In this document: positions 60,118 through 64,000 of the stretch, piece by piece
How the letters are laid out: each line of letters begins with the position of its first letter
Numbering within the stretch: position 1 is the stretch's first letter
DNA from: Squalus acanthias
Taxonomy: Eukaryota
NCBI GenBank assembly: GCA_030390025.1
Contig: CM059433.1
Coordinates: 15,564,001 to 15,628,000 of the forward strand
Direction of reading: 5' to 3'
DNA: 64,000 nt
Translations under genes and position numbers: made by a program
Notes under the pieces: model-generated
What the model was told of the DNA's origin: nothing
The model's input: only the letters and a program-made list of their open reading frames with translations
Databases searched by the model: none

Positions 60118-63100
60118 ATGGCGGACATGAACGCAGTTTCCGTGAAACTGCCGGAGTTTTGGGAAAACCAGCCCGAAGCCTGGTTTCTCCAAGCTGAATC
60201 GCGCTTCCGGCTGCAATGCATCACCACAGATGGGACAAAGTATGACTATCTCATCACATCACTCGGTAGCGCCGCAGTTTCCAAGGTTTGGACAACGCTG
60301 CAGAACCCACCAGAGGAAGGCAAGTACGCACATCTCAAGACAGCGCTCCTTAAAAATTTTACGGCCTCGGCATATCAGCGAAACTGCCACCTCCTCGACC
60401 TTCCAGGCCTCGGTGATGCCTCACCGTCAGACCTCCTCTCCCACATGCTCTCCCTCACCGACGAGAGCCCACCCGGATCCCTCTTCCGCACACTGTTCAT
60501 CCGCCAGCTCCCTCTCAGCATCCGTCCAGCGATCGTGGCGTCCGGCCTCACGAACCTGGAAGCCCTGGCCGATGAGGCCGACAAGCTGCTGTCCGCTCAC
60601 TCCAGCCGCGACGTCACTCTGGACCTGGCAGCCAATGCCTGGGCGCGCCCCTCACCATCCAGCACACGGCCACAAGGGCCTGCCACCAGGCCCATGGAGC
60701 CTTCACGCCCCACTAACCCGGGCCACTGTTGCTACCACGCACGGTTCGGCGCCAGGGCACAATGGTGCACACCTCCCTGCTCTTTCAAGTCCGCCCCCGT
60801 ACCAGCCCCCGCGATGGCCATGGGCCACGCGGGCTCCCTGCTGTTCGTCACGGATGACAAAACCGGCCGCCGGTTCCTGTGCGACACTGGGGCTCAGCAC
60901 AGCATCATCCCGGCCTCCTCCCTCGACATCCAAAAGGGCGAACGAGGACCGGCGCTGGCTGCTGCTAACGGCTCGGAAATCCGACGTATGGCACCCTGGA
61001 CAGTCACCCTCGACCTCGCTGGTCACCGCTACCGATGGGAGTTCATCACTGCCAAGGTGCTCTCCCCTCTCATCGGCGCAGATTTCCTGTGCGCCCACGG
61101 CCTACTGGTAGACATCCCTCGTCACCACCTCGTGGACATGAACAGCCATGTCCCCCATCCTGGGCGCCATGGCCCCCCGTCAACCCGCCGACATGGCATC
61201 ACAGTGCCACACCCGGGCCACGGATGACTACTCGGCACTACTGGCCGAATTCCCGGCCCTTACCAATCCGACCTTCTCCGCGGAGGCCGCCAAACACAGG
61301 GTGGAACACTTCATCCCCACCACAGGCCCCCCAGTGTACGCCCACGCCCGCAGGCTGGACCCGGCCAAACTGGAGATCGCGCGGACCGAGTTTGCCACCC
61401 TGGAACAGCTCGGCATCATCCGCCGCTCCAACAGTCCCTGGGCCTCCCCACTCCACATCGCCCCCAAACCAGGCGGAGGTTGGCGCCCCTGCGGGGATTA
61501 CCGCCGCCTCAATGACGCCACCACCCCTGATCGGTACCCCGTGCCGCACATTCAGGACTTCTCGGCTAGACTGGCCGGCCGCTCAGTCTTTTCCAAGGTC
61601 GACCTGGTGCGCGGCTACCACCAAGTCCCCGTCCACCCCGCGGATGTCCCCAAGACGGCCGTAATCACCCCCTTCGGCCTGTTCGAGTTCCTGCGGATGC
61701 CCTTCGGCCTCAAAAACACGGCCCAGGCATTCCAACGGCTCATGGACTCGGTCCTTCGGGACCTGAAGTTCCTATTCGTCTGCCTGGACAACATCCTGGT
61801 AGCCAGTTCCTCCAAGCAGGAACACCTCGAACACCTTCGCATCCTGTTCGGGCGCCTCAGCGACCACGGGCTCATCCTCAGCCCAGCCAAATGCCAGTTC
61901 GGCCTGGACAAGATCGACTTCCTCGGCCACCACATCACCCATGCTGGGGCCATTCCCCTGCCCACCAAGGTGCAGGCCGTCCAACAATTTCCCCGCCCCA
62001 CCACCATCAAAGGCCTCCAGGAGTTCCTCGGGATGGTGAATTTCTATAACCGCTTCATCCCCAAAGCAGCGTCCCTCATGAGGCCCCTGTATGAAGCCCT
62101 CCAGGGCAGGAGCGGCAAGATGGCGGTCGAATGGACGGCAGACGCGTCCGCCGCCTTCGATTCCACCAAGACTGCGCTCGCCAACGCCACCCTGCTCGCG
62201 CACCCACGGCCCAATGCCAGGGTAGCGCTCACCACGGACGCCTCCGACCACGCGGTCGGCGCCGTGTATGAGCAGTGGGTCGACGGCGCCTGGCAACCAC
62301 TTGCCTTCTTCAGCCGCCAACTACGCCTCCCGGAGGTCAAGTACAGCACCTTCGACCGCGAGCTCCTCGCGCTGTTCCTGGCGGTCCGCCATTTCCGGTT
62401 TTTGCTTGAGGGCCACCCCTTCACTGCGTTTGTCGACCACAAGCCCCTGACATTCGCAATGGCAAAGACAACCGACCCCTGGTCCGCCAGGCAGCAGCGC
62501 CAGCTCGCAGCAGTGTCCGAGTTCACCATGGACATCCAACACGTCTCCGGCCGAGACAATGTGGTAGCCGACTGCCTCTCCTGCCCCGCCATCCACGCCA
62601 CACACCTAGCAGTCGACTACGCTCAACTCGCAGCAGACCACCGACCCTGATCTGCTCTCCGCACCCACCAACCTACTAGGGTTACGCCTGGCTGACGTCG
62701 CCTGTGGCCCGACCGCAGTCACGGTCAAGTGCGACATATCCCTATGTCAACCTCAGCCCGTCGTCCCAGCGTCCTGGCGCCGCCGGGTATTCGACATTCT
62801 CCACAACCTCTCCCACCCCGGCGCCCGCGCATCCATCAAATTGGTAGCCAACCGCTTCGTCTGGCGCGGCCTTCGCAAGGATGTGCGTACTTGGGCCAAC
62901 TCCTGCCTAGCCTGCCAACGGGCCAAGGTACAGCAACACACGAAAGCACCCCTCGAGGAGTTTACCGTCCCCTCGCGGAGATTCGACCACATCCACGTGG
63001 ACATCGTCGGGCCCCTGCCGCCGTCGCAAGGCCACACGTAGTTGCTGACCATCGTTGACCGCACCACACGCTGGCCTGAGGCAATTCCACTGACCTCTAC

Positions 63101-63926
63101 CACCACCGCCGACATCGCCAGAGCCTTCGTCAGCACCTGGGTTGCACGGTTCGGCGTCCCTTCCGACATGACGTCTGACAGAGGTCCGCAATTTACCTCT
63201 GAACTCTGGACCGCCGTCGCACGCAATCTCGGGGTGACCATTCACCGCACCACAGCGTACCACCCCCAAGCCAACGGACTGTGTGAGCGGTTCCACAGAT
63301 CCTTGAAGGCATCTCTTCGAACCAGCCTCCAAGACAGCGCCTGGACCGACTGACTTCCATGGGTCCTCCTCGGCCTGTGCACCGCGGTTAAAGAAGACCT
63401 CCACGCATCGGCAGCAGAGCTCGTGTACGGTCAGCCGCTGCGCGGAACGGGCGAGTTCCTGCCCACCGCCACGACACCCTGGTCAGCCGACCAGCAACGC
63501 CACGACTTCGCCTCACCGGCGCTGCAGTTCGCCCCGGTGCCCATTGCCCGACACGGCGAATCCACCTCACACGTCCCACTAAGCCTGCACCAGGCACGGT
63601 TTGTTTTCGTTCGGCACGACGCCCACCGCGGACCTCTTCAACCCCCGTACGACGGGCCCTACAAGGTGCTACAGGCTGGGGACAAATTTTTCACCCTGCA
63701 AGTGGGCGACAGGACCGAAAAAGTGTCGGTTGACCGACTCAAGCCAGCACACTCGGAGCCCGGTGAGCAGGTCCCTGTAGCTCGGCCACCTCCACGCGGC
63801 CGACCTGCCCTCAAGCCGGTTCACCCGGCTGCTCCACGCCCGGCCGTTCCACGTTCACCAGCGTCCTACAAGAGCCGCTCCAGCCGGCCCATCAGACCGC
63901 CGCACCATCTCGTCCACACCTCGTAA
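60118..63926 (+). pseudogene. Gypsy gag-pol, disabled by frameshifts and stops
   Basis: Gag VKLPEFW and CX2HX9CX3C; protease LCDTGA; RT YxDD mutated to CLDN; RNase H TDAS/DREL; integrase HHCC, HVD/SDRG/ER and GPY. Stops at ~63040 and ~63351. Confidence 0.92.
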
Positions 63927-64000
63927 GCGGATTCTGTGGGGAGCTGTGTGGCGGATCGCCACCTAAACGGGCATTATCCACTCTTCCGTTCCTAGACAAA

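Larger units (their letters stand above)
59840..64000 (+). mobile_element. Ty3/Gypsy LTR retrotransposon, CsRn1-like; 3' LTR cut by the window edge
   Basis: 5' LTR 59840-60077 (TG...CA), PBS, gag-PR-RT-RH-IN order, purine tract ~63936-63944, and a 3' LTR starting at 63947. Confidence 0.95.

Noticed and set aside
60230..62601. Long overlapping alternative-frame and antisense ORFs
   Set aside because: Expected by-products of the high GC content of the Gypsy gag-pol region; no recognisable motifs.

Overview
Eukaryotic, repeat-dominated DNA from a cartilaginous fish (shark-like), judged from DeuSINE (SacSINE1-like) and HE1/V-SINE copies plus CR1/HER1-type LINEs. Most of the window is nested transposable elements. 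These include many CR1 LINE fragments, L2 and Zenon-like CR1 fragments, a decayed PIF/Harbinger (transposase + Myb/SANT gene) with several non-autonomous MITE families, a hAT and a Tigger-like MITE, and a decayed DIRS element. There are also Penelope-like elements (one Neptune-type copy with an uninterrupted RT/GIY-YIG ORF and a hammerhead-ribozyme motif) and a CsRn1-type Gypsy LTR element running off the right edge. No intact host protein-coding gene is recognisable. The main non-TE signals are two phase-compatible minus-strand exons (46528-46054 and 37379-36803) of an unidentified, disabled gene, and a ZNF143/CCAAT promoter-like region near 34.8 kb. All assignments come from reading the sequence by eye; no database searches were run, and boundaries of old fragments are approximate.
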